Assembly: GCA_041562555.1 (NCBI GenBank)
Contig: JBFEXS010000012.1
Coordinates: 1-33,931 of the forward strand
Length of the DNA stretch: 33,931 nucleotides
Source of the DNA: Sulfurimonadaceae bacterium
GTDB lineage: Bacteria > Campylobacterota > Campylobacteria > Campylobacterales > Sulfurimonadaceae
Direction of reading: 5' to 3'
This document shows positions 1 to 11,410 of this stretch, in pieces. The position numbers and the translations under genes were made by a program. The notes under the pieces were generated by a model. The model ran no database searches. It was not told the origin of the DNA and saw only the letters and a program-made list of their open reading frames with translations. Positions within the stretch are counted from its first letter, which is position 1, and every line of letters begins with the position of its first letter.

Positions 1-31
1 ATATCTGGATTGGGCTGGATAGGGAAAGGGC

Positions 32-118
32 CTAAAGTACTTTTTTACTGACTGCGTACAGTAGTGAATCGAGTGATTGTGCTATACGTTCAAAGGCGTG
101 ACGCGCTTTTAATGGCAT
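32..118 (-). CDS. Putative 28-aa small protein (MPLKARHAFERIAQSLDSLLYAVSKKVL)
   Basis: Read by hand on the minus strand. The AAAGGA Shine-Dalgarno lies 6 nt before the ATG at 118, the TAG is at 34-32, and a pyrimidine tract follows. Below the ORF-track cutoff; no homology recognised. Confidence 0.4.
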   Translation of the reverse strand: MPLKARHAFERIAQSLDSLLYAVSKKVL

Positions 119-226
119 AAGGGTTCCTTTATCAGATATCGATCATATATCAAGACAAAAGCAAAAAACATACCAAAGCAGCCGTAAGCGCTTTCTCAAA
201 GGGAAATGTTCAATTAAGCAAAGGGG

Positions 227-1003
227 CTATCCCTGAAGCTCGACTCCAAACAGACCAAAGAGGACACCCGAGGCAATGAGATAGATCCCAAAGGGCGTGA
301 AATTATATTTGGAGACAATCGCCAGGAAGCCTTTTACCGCTGCCCATCCAACAATGAATGAGACGATAAACCCGATAAGGATCAGGGAGATGCCGTCAAA
401 GGAGAAATTGGCATACTCTTTGAGTAAAGTATACCCCGACGCCGCCGTCATCGTAGGAATTGCAAGCAAAAATGAAAAACTCATGGCAGTTTCACGTTTG
501 AGTCCGAGCATCATGCCGCCCAATATGGTACTTCCCGATCGGGATACACCGGGGATCAGTGAGAGGGCCTGGATAAAACCTATGGCGATTGCCTGTTTAT
601 AACTGACATCTTCGAGTTCCTGAGTACTGTGGGATCTTTTTGAATACAAAAACTCAATAATCAAAAAGAAAACACCTGCTGCGATCATCCATAAGACAAT
701 GCTGTTAGCGGAAAACATCTGTTCGATCTGTTTGTGAAAGAGCAAACCGATTGCTCCTGTAGGGATAAAAGAGGCAATCAGCTTTTTCCAAATTTCCAAA
801 CTTTGAAAAAGTGTCTCATAGTAGATGATCATAACCGAGAAGATGGGTGCGATCTGTATGATAATATTAAAGGCATTCATAAAATCATCTTGGGCAATCC
901 CCATCATCTGAGAGGCGAGGGCTATATGGGCGGTAGATGAGACCGGGAGATATTCAGTGATCCCCTCGACGATGCCTAAAATAGTTGCTTCATAAAGTGT
1001 CAT
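227..1003 (-). CDS. uppP: Undecaprenyl-diphosphate phosphatase (BacA/UppP)
   Basis: Motifs GIVEGITEYLPVSSTAH and LIPGVSRSGSTI; polytopic membrane protein. The ATG at 1003 is preferred over 1009 because AAAGGA overlaps the first ATG. Confidence 0.95.
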   Translation of the reverse strand: MTLYEATILGIVEGITEYLPVSSTAHIALASQMMGIAQDDFMNAFNIIIQIAPIFSVMIIYYETLFQSLEIWKKLIASFIPTGAIGLLFHKQIEQMFSANSIVLWMIAAGVFFLIIEFLYSKRSHSTQELEDVSYKQAIAIGFIQALSLIPGVSRSGSTILGGMMLGLKRETAMSFSFLLAIPTMTAASGYTLLKEYANFSFDGISLILIGFIVSFIVGWAAVKGFLAIVSKYNFTPFGIYLIASGVLFGLFGVELQG

Positions 1004-1059
1004 GGTCATCCTTTAGAGTTAAAAAGCGTTAGGATAGCAAATTAATGGTTACATGTAGG

Positions 1060-1662
1060 TCATTGTTTGGATGCCGTGAGAAGAAAAACAGAAAATTCCG
1101 CATCATCTTTGCTGAGGGTATGTGCTGTTGAGAACCGAATGTCTGTAAATCCCGCATCTTCCAGAAGTGATCTTAAGGCTTCTCTGTCAAACCCCAGGTG
1201 ATAGACACCCTGTGTATCATCCGGATGAAAACTTCCATCCTCTTTATCAAGATCGGCCAGGGCAATGGATGCACCGGGTTTAAGATGTAGAAAAAAACTG
1301 TGCAATAGGGAGGCGGTGTCTTCTACGTGATGCATCGCCATTGCACTGATGATAAGATCATATTGTGTATCAAGTGGCTGATCCATGATATTTTGACAAT
1401 GGATCTCCACTTTTTGCTTGAATTCCGGCTTATTTGCAAGCTTATCCAGCATCGCTCGGGAAATGTCGACGGCAGCGATCTTATTCACCAAAGGAGCGAT
1501 ATGGGCAGTTAACAGGCCTGTTCCTGCTCCAAAATCCATGACCTCCATGTCTGAGGTAAGCGAAATTTTCCTGATGATTGCAGGGCCGATCGTTTTACTG
1601 AGCTGCTGGGGGATACTCTGCTGATCCCAGTCAGCTGCTTTTGCATCAAAGAGGTCACTCAT
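1060..1662 (-). CDS. Class I SAM-dependent methyltransferase
   Basis: Motif I VMDFGAGTG, AVDIS, YDLIISAMAMHH, LKPG. Confidence 0.9.
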   Translation of the reverse strand: MSDLFDAKAADWDQQSIPQQLSKTIGPAIIRKISLTSDMEVMDFGAGTGLLTAHIAPLVNKIAAVDISRAMLDKLANKPEFKQKVEIHCQNIMDQPLDTQYDLIISAMAMHHVEDTASLLHSFFLHLKPGASIALADLDKEDGSFHPDDTQGVYHLGFDREALRSLLEDAGFTDIRFSTAHTLSKDDAEFSVFLLTASKQ

Positions 1663-1881
1663 TGGTATCTCCAGATCAAGTTTTCAGGGGTTGATTATAC
1701 TTCAATACAAGCCTAAAGTTCAAGGCTTGTTGGTAAATTGGGAAGCTTTTTTTAAAGTAAAGAGAAGGAATTTATCATCCTCTAACAATGCTTTGGCTAT
1801 AATTGCGCCCGTATGTTTAAAAAATGGGTTAATGAACCTCTGTTTTAAATATATACAGACTTACTTATGCAAAGGAAGCAG

Positions 1882-2999
1882 ATGCTACTTTTTACACCGG
1901 GGCCAACCCCTGTCCCAGAATCTATTCGTTTAGCGATGGCAGAACCGACACTTCATCACCGTACACCGGAGTTTGAAGCAATTTTTGAAGAGACACGCAA
2001 AGAGCTGTTTAAACTCTTTCATACCGATGAAGTTGTGATGTTGGCAACCAGCGGTACAGGTGCGATGGAAGCAGCAGTTATCAATCTGTGCCACGACACG
2101 CTTCTAAACGTTAATGCGGGTAAATTCGGTGAGCGTTTTGGAAAGATTGCCCAGGCAAACGGACTTGGCAATGTCGAGCTGAAATATGAATGGAATACGC
2201 CGACATCGGTTGAGGACGTCTTGGAAGCACTCGAGAAGAATCCGGCAATTGATGCGATTGCCGTTCAGATATCCGAATCTGCCGGAGGGCTTCGTCATCC
2301 GGTCGAGGAGATCGCAGCTGCTGTCAAAAAAGTACGTCCCGAGGTGATGATCATTGCTGATGGTATCACAGCCATCGGTGTCGAACCTATAGACGTCACG
2401 CATATTGATGCCGTACTCGCAGGAAGTCAAAAAGCGTTAATGCTTCCTCCCGGACTTGCTATCCTTGGGCTTAGCAATGCGGCGATCGAGAAGATAGGCG
2501 GAGGAAAAGGGTATTACCTTAATTTAGCGACAGAGATCAAAAAGCAAAGACAGAACACAACAGCATGGACTGCAGCGACGACATTGACGATAGGATTGAA
2601 TGCAATACTGAAAGAGATCGATGCCAAAGGCGGACTCGAGAAACTCTATAAGGAAACAGCAGCACGTGCCGTTGCAACACGTGATGCACTTGAAGCAATA
2701 GGTCTGCATTCCTATCCTAACAGTCCGGCAAAATCCATGACAACCATTGATGATGAGCATGCCAACGAGATCCGAAATATCTTGAAAAAAGAGTTTGATG
2801 TGAATGTCGCAGGTGGGCAGGACCATCTAAAAGGGAAGATTTTCCGTATCAATCAAATGGGCTTGATCAAGCCTTATGAATCGGCATGGGTCGTTAATGC
2901 TGTTGAACTTGCTTTGGCAAAACTCGGAAGACGTCCTTATGAGGGAACGGCAAATAAGATTTTTAATGAAGTCTACTTCAAAGAGATGGAAAGCCAGGT

Positions 3000-3003
<4 letters not shown>
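1882..3003 (+). CDS. Class V PLP-dependent aminotransferase (alanine-glyoxylate/serine-pyruvate family)
   Basis: LFTPGPTP, SGTGAME and GSQKALMLPPGL (PLP lysine). Start moved to the ATG at 1882, behind the AAAGGA RBS. Confidence 0.9.
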
Positions 3004-5098
<2,095 letters not shown>

Positions 5099-5161
5099 TC
5101 CCCTCAAAGGAGATAAAGTGTTCACTTCCTCCTCCCTTTTAACTGCTTCAAGGTTACGGCC

Positions 5162-5587
5162 TTGAAGACCCAATACAGTTCCCTTGTAAAAATCAAAAAA
5201 GATCGTTTGGATATGATGGAAAAAGCGGTCCAATCCTGCCATCAGACCATTGCACAGATTGAAGCTAAAATAGAGGCAGCGTACAATGAACTGCGTGGTA
5301 TAGAGATGCCCGGACACGGGGATTTTTCTCTTTTTAGACAGATGCAACTGCTGAAACACCGTGTCCAGGACGAAATCAGTTTCAATAAGCATAATCTGGC
5401 ATTAGCTCAAAACGCTTTGCTCAAAGCAATGCAACAGCTCAAAACTGCTAACATTGAGCACGAAAAATTTAAATACCTTGAAACAACCGAGGTGGAGAAG
5501 ATACTAAAGGCCCAAAAGGCTAAAGAAGCCAAGGACCTCGATGAAGTGGCTCTGATGGGTTTTAATCGTAAAAACAGTATTTCTTAG
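5162..5587 (+). CDS. Flagellar FliJ-family coiled-coil protein
   Basis: 141-aa coiled coil ending EHEKFKYLE...KDLDE; position after purA is conserved in Campylobacterota; TTG start. Confidence 0.7.
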   Translation: MKTQYSSLVKIKKDRLDMMEKAVQSCHQTIAQIEAKIEAAYNELRGIEMPGHGDFSLFRQMQLLKHRVQDEISFNKHNLALAQNALLKAMQQLKTANIEHEKFKYLETTEVEKILKAQKAKEAKDLDEVALMGFNRKNSIS

Positions 5588-5596
5588 GGAGTAGAA

Positions 5597-6100
5597 GTGA
5601 GATTTGTATTATTCATCTTATTGGGTCTGCAGCTCTTTGCCAAGAGCGAACTGTATGATTGTACAAAAGTCTTTGAAGAACGAAAAGAAGAACTTGTATT
5701 GGAATTAGAGCGTATTGATGAACAAGAACAGGCATTGAATGCGCTTAAAGAAGCGACCCAGGAACTTCTGAAGACCAAAGAGATCAAACTCAATGAGAAA
5801 GAGACCCGTCTCAATGCCCAGGAAAATGATCTGCAGCAACGCGAAACCGAGGTAGAAAAAAAACTGCAGAAAGTGCAAACCTTGTTGAAAGAGCTTAAAG
5901 AGCTGAAGATGGACAAGGTCGCACAGACCTATTCCAAGATGAAGGCACAGTCTGCGGCGGATATACTGAGTAAACTCGAACCACAAGAAGCCTCGGAAAT
6001 CCTGACGACCCTTAAACCAAAGACCATGGCGAAGATCCTTGGTAAGATGGATGCAACCAAGGCATCGGAGATGACCACATTGATGAGTGAAGTTAAATAA
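5597..6100 (+). CDS. MotE-like periplasmic coiled-coil protein with MgtE-N-like C-terminal domain
   Basis: Signal peptide, long coiled coil, C-terminal TYSKMKAQSAADIL...KILGKMD helical repeats; follows the fliJ-like gene. Confidence 0.7.
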   Translation: MRFVLFILLGLQLFAKSELYDCTKVFEERKEELVLELERIDEQEQALNALKEATQELLKTKEIKLNEKETRLNAQENDLQQRETEVEKKLQKVQTLLKELKELKMDKVAQTYSKMKAQSAADILSKLEPQEASEILTTLKPKTMAKILGKMDATKASEMTTLMSEVK

Positions 6101-6294
6101 ATATTTTCTTTACAAAATGTGTTTTATCGGTGACAGCTATACACTCTTCTTAGATTGAACAAAGTACTTACACGGATATAAACCATTGTAAGGTTTTGCC
6201 CACATTGTTTTCATATGACTCACACTCTTTAATACTATTTTAGATAAGTACATAATATAATATACAAAATTATTAGTTATAGTCGGGGGACATA

Positions 6295-6975
6295 ATGAAT
6301 GTGATCGATAAAGATGATTTAGTTGATGATGGAACAGTATATATTGTCAAAAAAGGTGATGAAATCAATCTTGATAAGATACTTGACTACCCAATCGATT
6401 ATGATGTTTTGAAAAGAGACTATAGCTTTTCTTTAAACGACAGGGAGATTATCTTGCGAGCAAGCTTGCAATTGCAAAGTGGTGAACCTGATCTGGAAAT
6501 CCTTAAAAAAGCCATTGCTCTGATTGAATCATACAAGAGTGCTAAATTGAAAAAAGAGCAGAGTCATTTACGCCATGCTCAGAAAAAAGACGAAGAGATT
6601 TCATGTCGTATCGATAATGCTTATTCCAGTAAAAAACGGGTTAACTCAGTACATTATGCAAAAAACCGGAAAAAAGTGGAAGTGGTCTTTAAAACGGGTG
6701 AAGAGAAGACAATACTCTCAAGTTATCTGTTGTTTCTTAAAGAAGAGAAGAAAATATGGCTGGCAGCGGTTTTGGCTTTTTTCCTTAATGGATTCGGACT
6801 GTTTTATGTATCATGGATGTTTGCAATTGGGATGCTGATATTTAGCATATCTGCTTACGTGAGTATTCCAATATTACTTATTGCTTCACCATTCCTTTCT
6901 TTAGGATTGGCGATATATGCCGCTATTGAAACGAACAATAAACTTTCCAGCAATACTCTTCCTATACAAAGCTAA
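6295..6975 (+). CDS. Hypothetical membrane protein with a C-terminal TM2-like hydrophobic segment
   Basis: GGGGA RBS; soluble N-terminus, then KKIWLAAVLAFFLNGFGLFY and further TM helices; AT-rich. Confidence 0.65.
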   Translation: MNVIDKDDLVDDGTVYIVKKGDEINLDKILDYPIDYDVLKRDYSFSLNDREIILRASLQLQSGEPDLEILKKAIALIESYKSAKLKKEQSHLRHAQKKDEEISCRIDNAYSSKKRVNSVHYAKNRKKVEVVFKTGEEKTILSSYLLFLKEEKKIWLAAVLAFFLNGFGLFYVSWMFAIGMLIFSISAYVSIPILLIASPFLSLGLAIYAAIETNNKLSSNTLPIQS

Positions 6976-7085
6976 GATCAGGAATGACTTTTTTCAGATT
7001 GGAAGATGAGATTAACCGTATAAAAGCAGTTCTTTACCTAACTTAGGATAAAATCTCAAAATTTCTAACATGTAAAGGTGCTTCG

Positions 7086-7637
7086 ATGAAGGTAAAACTG
7101 CAACACGTTCCCCATATCGCACAAAAAGTCGCGATCGAGTTAAACAAAAGTGGTATTGTTACAATGACGAGAGGTCTTGAACCAGTTGCAGATGAAGCGC
7201 GTAAGATCTTGGAAGAGTCGATCAAAAAAGAAGCGGCCTTGGAAGAGAAAGTACATGATATCCTTGAAGCGAACGAGGATGCGATGGATGAACAAAATGT
7301 TGATGACAGACAGCTTTTTTTCATGATCAAAAAGAAGATCGCACCGGAATACGGTGTTATTCTTTCCTATGAAGACCGTTTCTCCGATATCGCACATAAA
7401 ATCCTTGATGAACTTTATGAAGAAGATCTGATCCATTATGATATCGAAGAGATCCGTATCAAAAATGTCATCTATGGGGCGATTACAGGATTTATCGCAG
7501 ATAATGATGCCATTGAAGACGCGGTATATGAAAAGATCAAAACCTATAAGCGCGAGATTATCCCGGGTACAGATGATTATAATATCTTGTTTGAGAAGCT
7601 TTATGGTGAAGAGTTAGTAAAAAGAGGAATGGCATAA
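7086..7637 (+). CDS. DUF507 family protein
   Basis: Acidic helical protein (FMIKKKIA, IPGTDDY..LFEKLY.EEL.KRG); usual position upstream of carA. Confidence 0.8.
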   Translation: MKVKLQHVPHIAQKVAIELNKSGIVTMTRGLEPVADEARKILEESIKKEAALEEKVHDILEANEDAMDEQNVDDRQLFFMIKKKIAPEYGVILSYEDRFSDIAHKILDELYEEDLIHYDIEEIRIKNVIYGAITGFIADNDAIEDAVYEKIKTYKREIIPGTDDYNILFEKLYGEELVKRGMA

Positions 7638-7639
7638 TT

Positions 7640-8767
7640 ATGAAAAAAGTATATCTCTATTTAGAAAATGGAACATACTTGGAAGCTGAGAGCTTTGGTG
7701 CAGATACCACAGCAGTAGGCGAGATTGTTTTTAATACATCACTTACCGGGTATCAAGAGATCGCTTCAGACCCTTCTTATGCAGGACAGTTTGTGACATT
7801 CACGATGCCGGAGATCGGCAATGTCGGTGTGAATGCTGAGGATATGGAGAGCAAGGGCGCTTTCACAAAGGGGGTGATCGTACGTACGTATCAGGAGCGT
7901 TATTCGAACTTTCGTGCTACGGATTCTCTGGATAATTTCCTAAAAGAACAAGGTGTTATGGGAATCTGTAACATCGATACGCGTTTCTTGACGAAGATGA
8001 TCCGAAGTGAGGGCGCGATGATGATGATCGCTTCGACGGAGATCTCGGATAAAGAAGAGTTGAAAAAAACCCTTGAAAACTCTCCACGTATCGAAGATGT
8101 CAACTATATTGAAGAGGTGAGTACAAAAGAGGTCTACAAACACCCTCACGGTACCTATGATGCAACAAACTTCAAATATCAGGATGCTCCTGAGGCAAAG
8201 GCAAGGATCGTAGCGATCGATTTTGGCGTGAAACGCAATATCCTGAATGAACTGACGCAGGCAGGAATGGATGTAGAAGTCATTCCGAACGATTTTGATG
8301 CGGATACACTTATTTCTCGTATTGCCTCCAAGGAGATCGACGGAGTTTTCTTGTCCAACGGTCCGGGGGATCCTTTAGTATTGAAAAAAGAGCAAGAGCA
8401 GATCAAGAAGCTTATCGCCGCTAAAGTGCCGATGTTTGGGATTTGTTTAGGACACCAACTCTTGTCAATTTCACATGGTTATGATACATTCAAGCTGAAG
8501 TTTGGACACCATGGGGGAAATCATCCGGTTAAAAATGAAAAAACGGGTATGGTAGAGATCACCGCACAAAACCATAACTATAATGTACCGGATAATATTA
8601 CCGAGATCGCTGATGTGACGCATACCAATCTCTTTGATAATACGATTGAAGGATTGAAATATAAATCCGGACACGTGTTTTCAGTACAACATCACCCGGA
8701 GGCGAGTCCCGGTCCGAAAGAATCGGCGTATATCTTTGGTGAGTTTTTATCCCTGATGGGAAAATAG
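7640..8767 (+). CDS. carA: Carbamoyl-phosphate synthase small subunit
   Basis: GEIVFNTSLTGYQE, LSNGPGDP, FGICLGHQ, QHHPEASPGP. Confidence 0.98.
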   Translation: MKKVYLYLENGTYLEAESFGADTTAVGEIVFNTSLTGYQEIASDPSYAGQFVTFTMPEIGNVGVNAEDMESKGAFTKGVIVRTYQERYSNFRATDSLDNFLKEQGVMGICNIDTRFLTKMIRSEGAMMMIASTEISDKEELKKTLENSPRIEDVNYIEEVSTKEVYKHPHGTYDATNFKYQDAPEAKARIVAIDFGVKRNILNELTQAGMDVEVIPNDFDADTLISRIASKEIDGVFLSNGPGDPLVLKKEQEQIKKLIAAKVPMFGICLGHQLLSISHGYDTFKLKFGHHGGNHPVKNEKTGMVEITAQNHNYNVPDNITEIADVTHTNLFDNTIEGLKYKSGHVFSVQHHPEASPGPKESAYIFGEFLSLMGK

Positions 8768-8801
8768 GTTTCTAAAGAACAGTCGTTTTGTTTTGTGTAG
8801 C

Positions 8802-8835
8802 GTTTAACACTTTTGTAACACTTTGGTGTTAAACT
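8802..8835 (+). promoter_or_regulatory. OmpR/PhoB-type direct repeat plus -10 element upstream of the TauE-like gene
   Basis: GTTTAAC-actt-TTGTAAC (8802-8819), a 10-bp spacer, then TAAACT (8830-8835). Also an inverted repeat GTTTAACAC/GTGTTAAAC. Confidence 0.5.
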
Positions 8836-8914
8836 TATGACTTCAAAGCTTGAACAATTCTCCTTTAGGCCTTTCTCCTTGGGTCTACATCGTTTCTACA
8901 CATAAGGGTCTGTC

Positions 8915-9682
8915 TTGAATTTTTATGATCATAACTCTTTAGAACTGCTTGCGATACTTGCTTTTGGTTTTTTTGGCAGCCTTGGGCACTGTATTGGCAT
9001 GTGTGGCGGATTTATTGTTTCGTATACAACAGCCAAGATGGATGCGACGACATCAAAAAGTGCGCAGGCAAGAGGCCATGCATTTTATAACCTGGGACGT
9101 ATCAGCACCTATACGTTATTGGGAGCCCTGTTTGGTTTCTTTGGTTCCCTGTGGGAAGCGACACCTGTCATGCGCATGGTCATGTTCGGTTTTTCCGGGA
9201 TATTGATGATCATTATGGGCTTCTCTCTCTCTGGACGCTTGAAGTTTATCTCCTATCTTGAATATCCTATCACCCAGACACTGTGGTTTAAGAAGCTTTT
9301 CTTCTCACAGTTGAATTCTAAAAGCAAGCTTAGTTTTTTTACCTTGGGTGCCCTGAATGGGTTTTTCCCATGTGGATTGGTATATACGATGCTCATTACA
9401 GCGATTGCGACGAAATCAATGCTTTTGGGTGCGGGGGTGATGTTACTCTTTGGTATTTCGACAATACCGACACTTTTCAGTCTGGGATTTCTAGTGGGCT
9501 TTATTTCCCAAAATCGTTTTAGACACATTATGATTGAAGTATCATCATTGATTATAATCATCTACGGGGGCTGGACTATCTACAAAGCCTATGTCAACTA
9601 TGATATTTATCTTCATCCTGTAGAAAACTCCTCAATGAAATGCGGTACCGGAAAATGCGGTGCCGGAAAATGTGGATTATAA
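8915..9682 (+). CDS. TauE/SafE / DsbD_2-type membrane protein, probable cbb3 oxidase or copper assembly factor, with a C-terminal KCG repeat tail
   Basis: GSLGHCIGMCGG, YNLGRI and LNGFFPCGLVY motifs; directly upstream of ccoN; ends MKCGTGKCGAGKCGL. Confidence 0.85.
   Translation: MNFYDHNSLELLAILAFGFFGSLGHCIGMCGGFIVSYTTAKMDATTSKSAQARGHAFYNLGRISTYTLLGALFGFFGSLWEATPVMRMVMFGFSGILMIIMGFSLSGRLKFISYLEYPITQTLWFKKLFFSQLNSKSKLSFFTLGALNGFFPCGLVYTMLITAIATKSMLLGAGVMLLFGISTIPTLFSLGFLVGFISQNRFRHIMIEVSSLIIIIYGGWTIYKAYVNYDIYLHPVENSSMKCGTGKCGAGKCGL
9638..9676 (+). repeat. 15-bp tandem repeat (about 2.6 copies) encoding KCGxG
   Basis: aaatgcggtaccgga aaatgcggtgccgga aaatgtgga. Confidence 0.9.
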
Positions 9683-9764
9683 ATAATTATATATCACAAA
9701 CTTATCACTAACTTAAAAAAATAAACTACATACTCAAAACCTATTTACATTTTAATTTTAAGCT

Positions 9765-9790
9765 TAATAATGATTATTATGTGATATTAT
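9765..9790 (+). promoter_or_regulatory. Fur-family 7-1-7 box adjoining the extended -10 of the ccoN promoter
   Basis: Perfect palindrome TAATAAT-g-ATTATTA (9765-9779), followed by TG-a-TATTAT (9782-9790). Confidence 0.55.
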
Positions 9791-9919
9791 ACGTCTTGAT
9801 TTGGGCTGTTTTACCGCCACATGGGAAACAAAGACTATGAAAAGGTAGTAATATAGCTTAAGCTTTGATGCTAAAGAATGAGAATGCTTTAGTTTTAAAT
9901 AACGAAAAAGGGAGCTTAT

Positions 9920-11395
9920 ATGGAGAATCGTCCATTGGAATACGACTATACAGTCGCAAAGATGTTCATGATGTCTGCACTGTTATTCGGATTTATCGGT
10001 ATGTTACTAGGTGTAGTTCTTGCTTTGCAAATGGCATGGCCGGAATTTAATTATATCCTTGGTGACACAATGGCTGAGTATATTAACTTTAGCCGCATTA
10101 GACCAATTCACACGTCAGGGGTTATTTTTGGATTTACCTTAAGTGGTATTTTTGCGAGTTGGTACTACATCGGTCAACGTATTTTGAAAGTCTCAATGGC
10201 TGAATCAAAACTATTGATGATCGCTGGGAAACTACACTTTTGGACTTACTTTTTAGCAATTTTGCTTGCTGTAGTGACTCTTTTCCTGGGGATCGGGCAG
10301 TCAAACGAATATTCAGAGCTTGAGTGGCCTCTGGACCTTGTGATCGTTATCTTCTGGGTTTTCTGGGGTGTCGGTATCGCTGGTCTGGTTGGTATCCGTA
10401 GAGAAAAGACACTGTACGTATCAATGTGGTACTTCATGGCGTCATTCCTTGCGGTTGCAATGCTCTTCATCATGAACAATATTGTTATCCCGACATACTT
10501 CGTAGCAGGAGCTGGTGACATCATGAACGGTGTTTCTGTCTATTCTGGTACTTCAGGTGCGATGGTTCAATGGTGGTTCGGTCACAACGCAGTTGGTTTC
10601 GTCTTGACGGTTCCTCTTGTCGGTATGATCTACTACTTCCTTCCAAAAGAGTCTGGTCAGGCAGTTTATTCATATAAGCTATCTTTACTGGGTTTCTGGT
10701 CATTGATGTTCGTATACGTATGGGCAGGTGGTCACCACCTTATCTATTCGACTGTTCCGGACTGGATGCAGACAATGGGGTCTATCTTCTCCGTTATCCT
10801 TATTCTTCCGTCGTGGGGTTCTGCGATCAACTTACTTCTTACAATGAAGGGTGAGTGGAAACAAGTGGCAGAAAACCCATTGATCAAGTTTATGATCCTT
10901 TCATCAACGTTCTATATGTTCTCGACGATCGAAGGTCCAATTCAGTCGATCAAATCGGTCAATGCAATCGCGCACTTTACTGAATGGATCGTTGGACACG
11001 TACATGACGGTGCTCTTGGTTGGGTTGGATTCATTGTTATGGCTTCACTTTACCATATGGCTCCACGTATCTTTAAACGTGAGATCTACTCTAAAGCATT
11101 GATGAATACTCAGTTCTGGCTACAGACACTTGGTGTTATCCTATACTTCACGTCTATGTGGATCGCAGGTATCACTCAAGGTATGATGTGGAGAGCGGTT
11201 GATGAGTTCGGTAACCTAGCTTACTCGTTCATTGATTCGGTTGATGCACTACATGTATATTATATTATCCGTGCAGTTGGTGGTATCCTTTACCTAGCTG
11301 GTTTTGCGATCTTTATTTACAACATCATCAAAACTATGTCAGCTCGTCCTGTTGAGGAACGTGAGCTTCAAAATACTTCGCCTATGGCAGCGTAA
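9920..11395 (+). CDS. ccoN: cbb3-type cytochrome c oxidase subunit I
   Basis: RIRPIHT, QWWFGHNAVGF, WAGGHHL, GHVHDGALGW. Confidence 0.98.
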   Translation: MENRPLEYDYTVAKMFMMSALLFGFIGMLLGVVLALQMAWPEFNYILGDTMAEYINFSRIRPIHTSGVIFGFTLSGIFASWYYIGQRILKVSMAESKLLMIAGKLHFWTYFLAILLAVVTLFLGIGQSNEYSELEWPLDLVIVIFWVFWGVGIAGLVGIRREKTLYVSMWYFMASFLAVAMLFIMNNIVIPTYFVAGAGDIMNGVSVYSGTSGAMVQWWFGHNAVGFVLTVPLVGMIYYFLPKESGQAVYSYKLSLLGFWSLMFVYVWAGGHHLIYSTVPDWMQTMGSIFSVILILPSWGSAINLLLTMKGEWKQVAENPLIKFMILSSTFYMFSTIEGPIQSIKSVNAIAHFTEWIVGHVHDGALGWVGFIVMASLYHMAPRIFKREIYSKALMNTQFWLQTLGVILYFTSMWIAGITQGMMWRAVDEFGNLAYSFIDSVDALHVYYIIRAVGGILYLAGFAIFIYNIIKTMSARPVEERELQNTSPMAA

Positions 11396-11410
11396 GGAAA
11401 GGGAGATAAT

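Noticed and set aside
1691..1933. 80-aa ORF across the divergent promoter region, and the other short ORFs overlapping established genes
   Set aside because: No RBS or recognisable motifs; they overlap well-supported genes or promoters
5106..5165. AAGGAG followed by GTG opening a 15-codon ORF after purA
   Set aside because: The purine run pairs with the following TCCTCCCTTTT tract, so it is better explained as a hairpin after purA; too short to support
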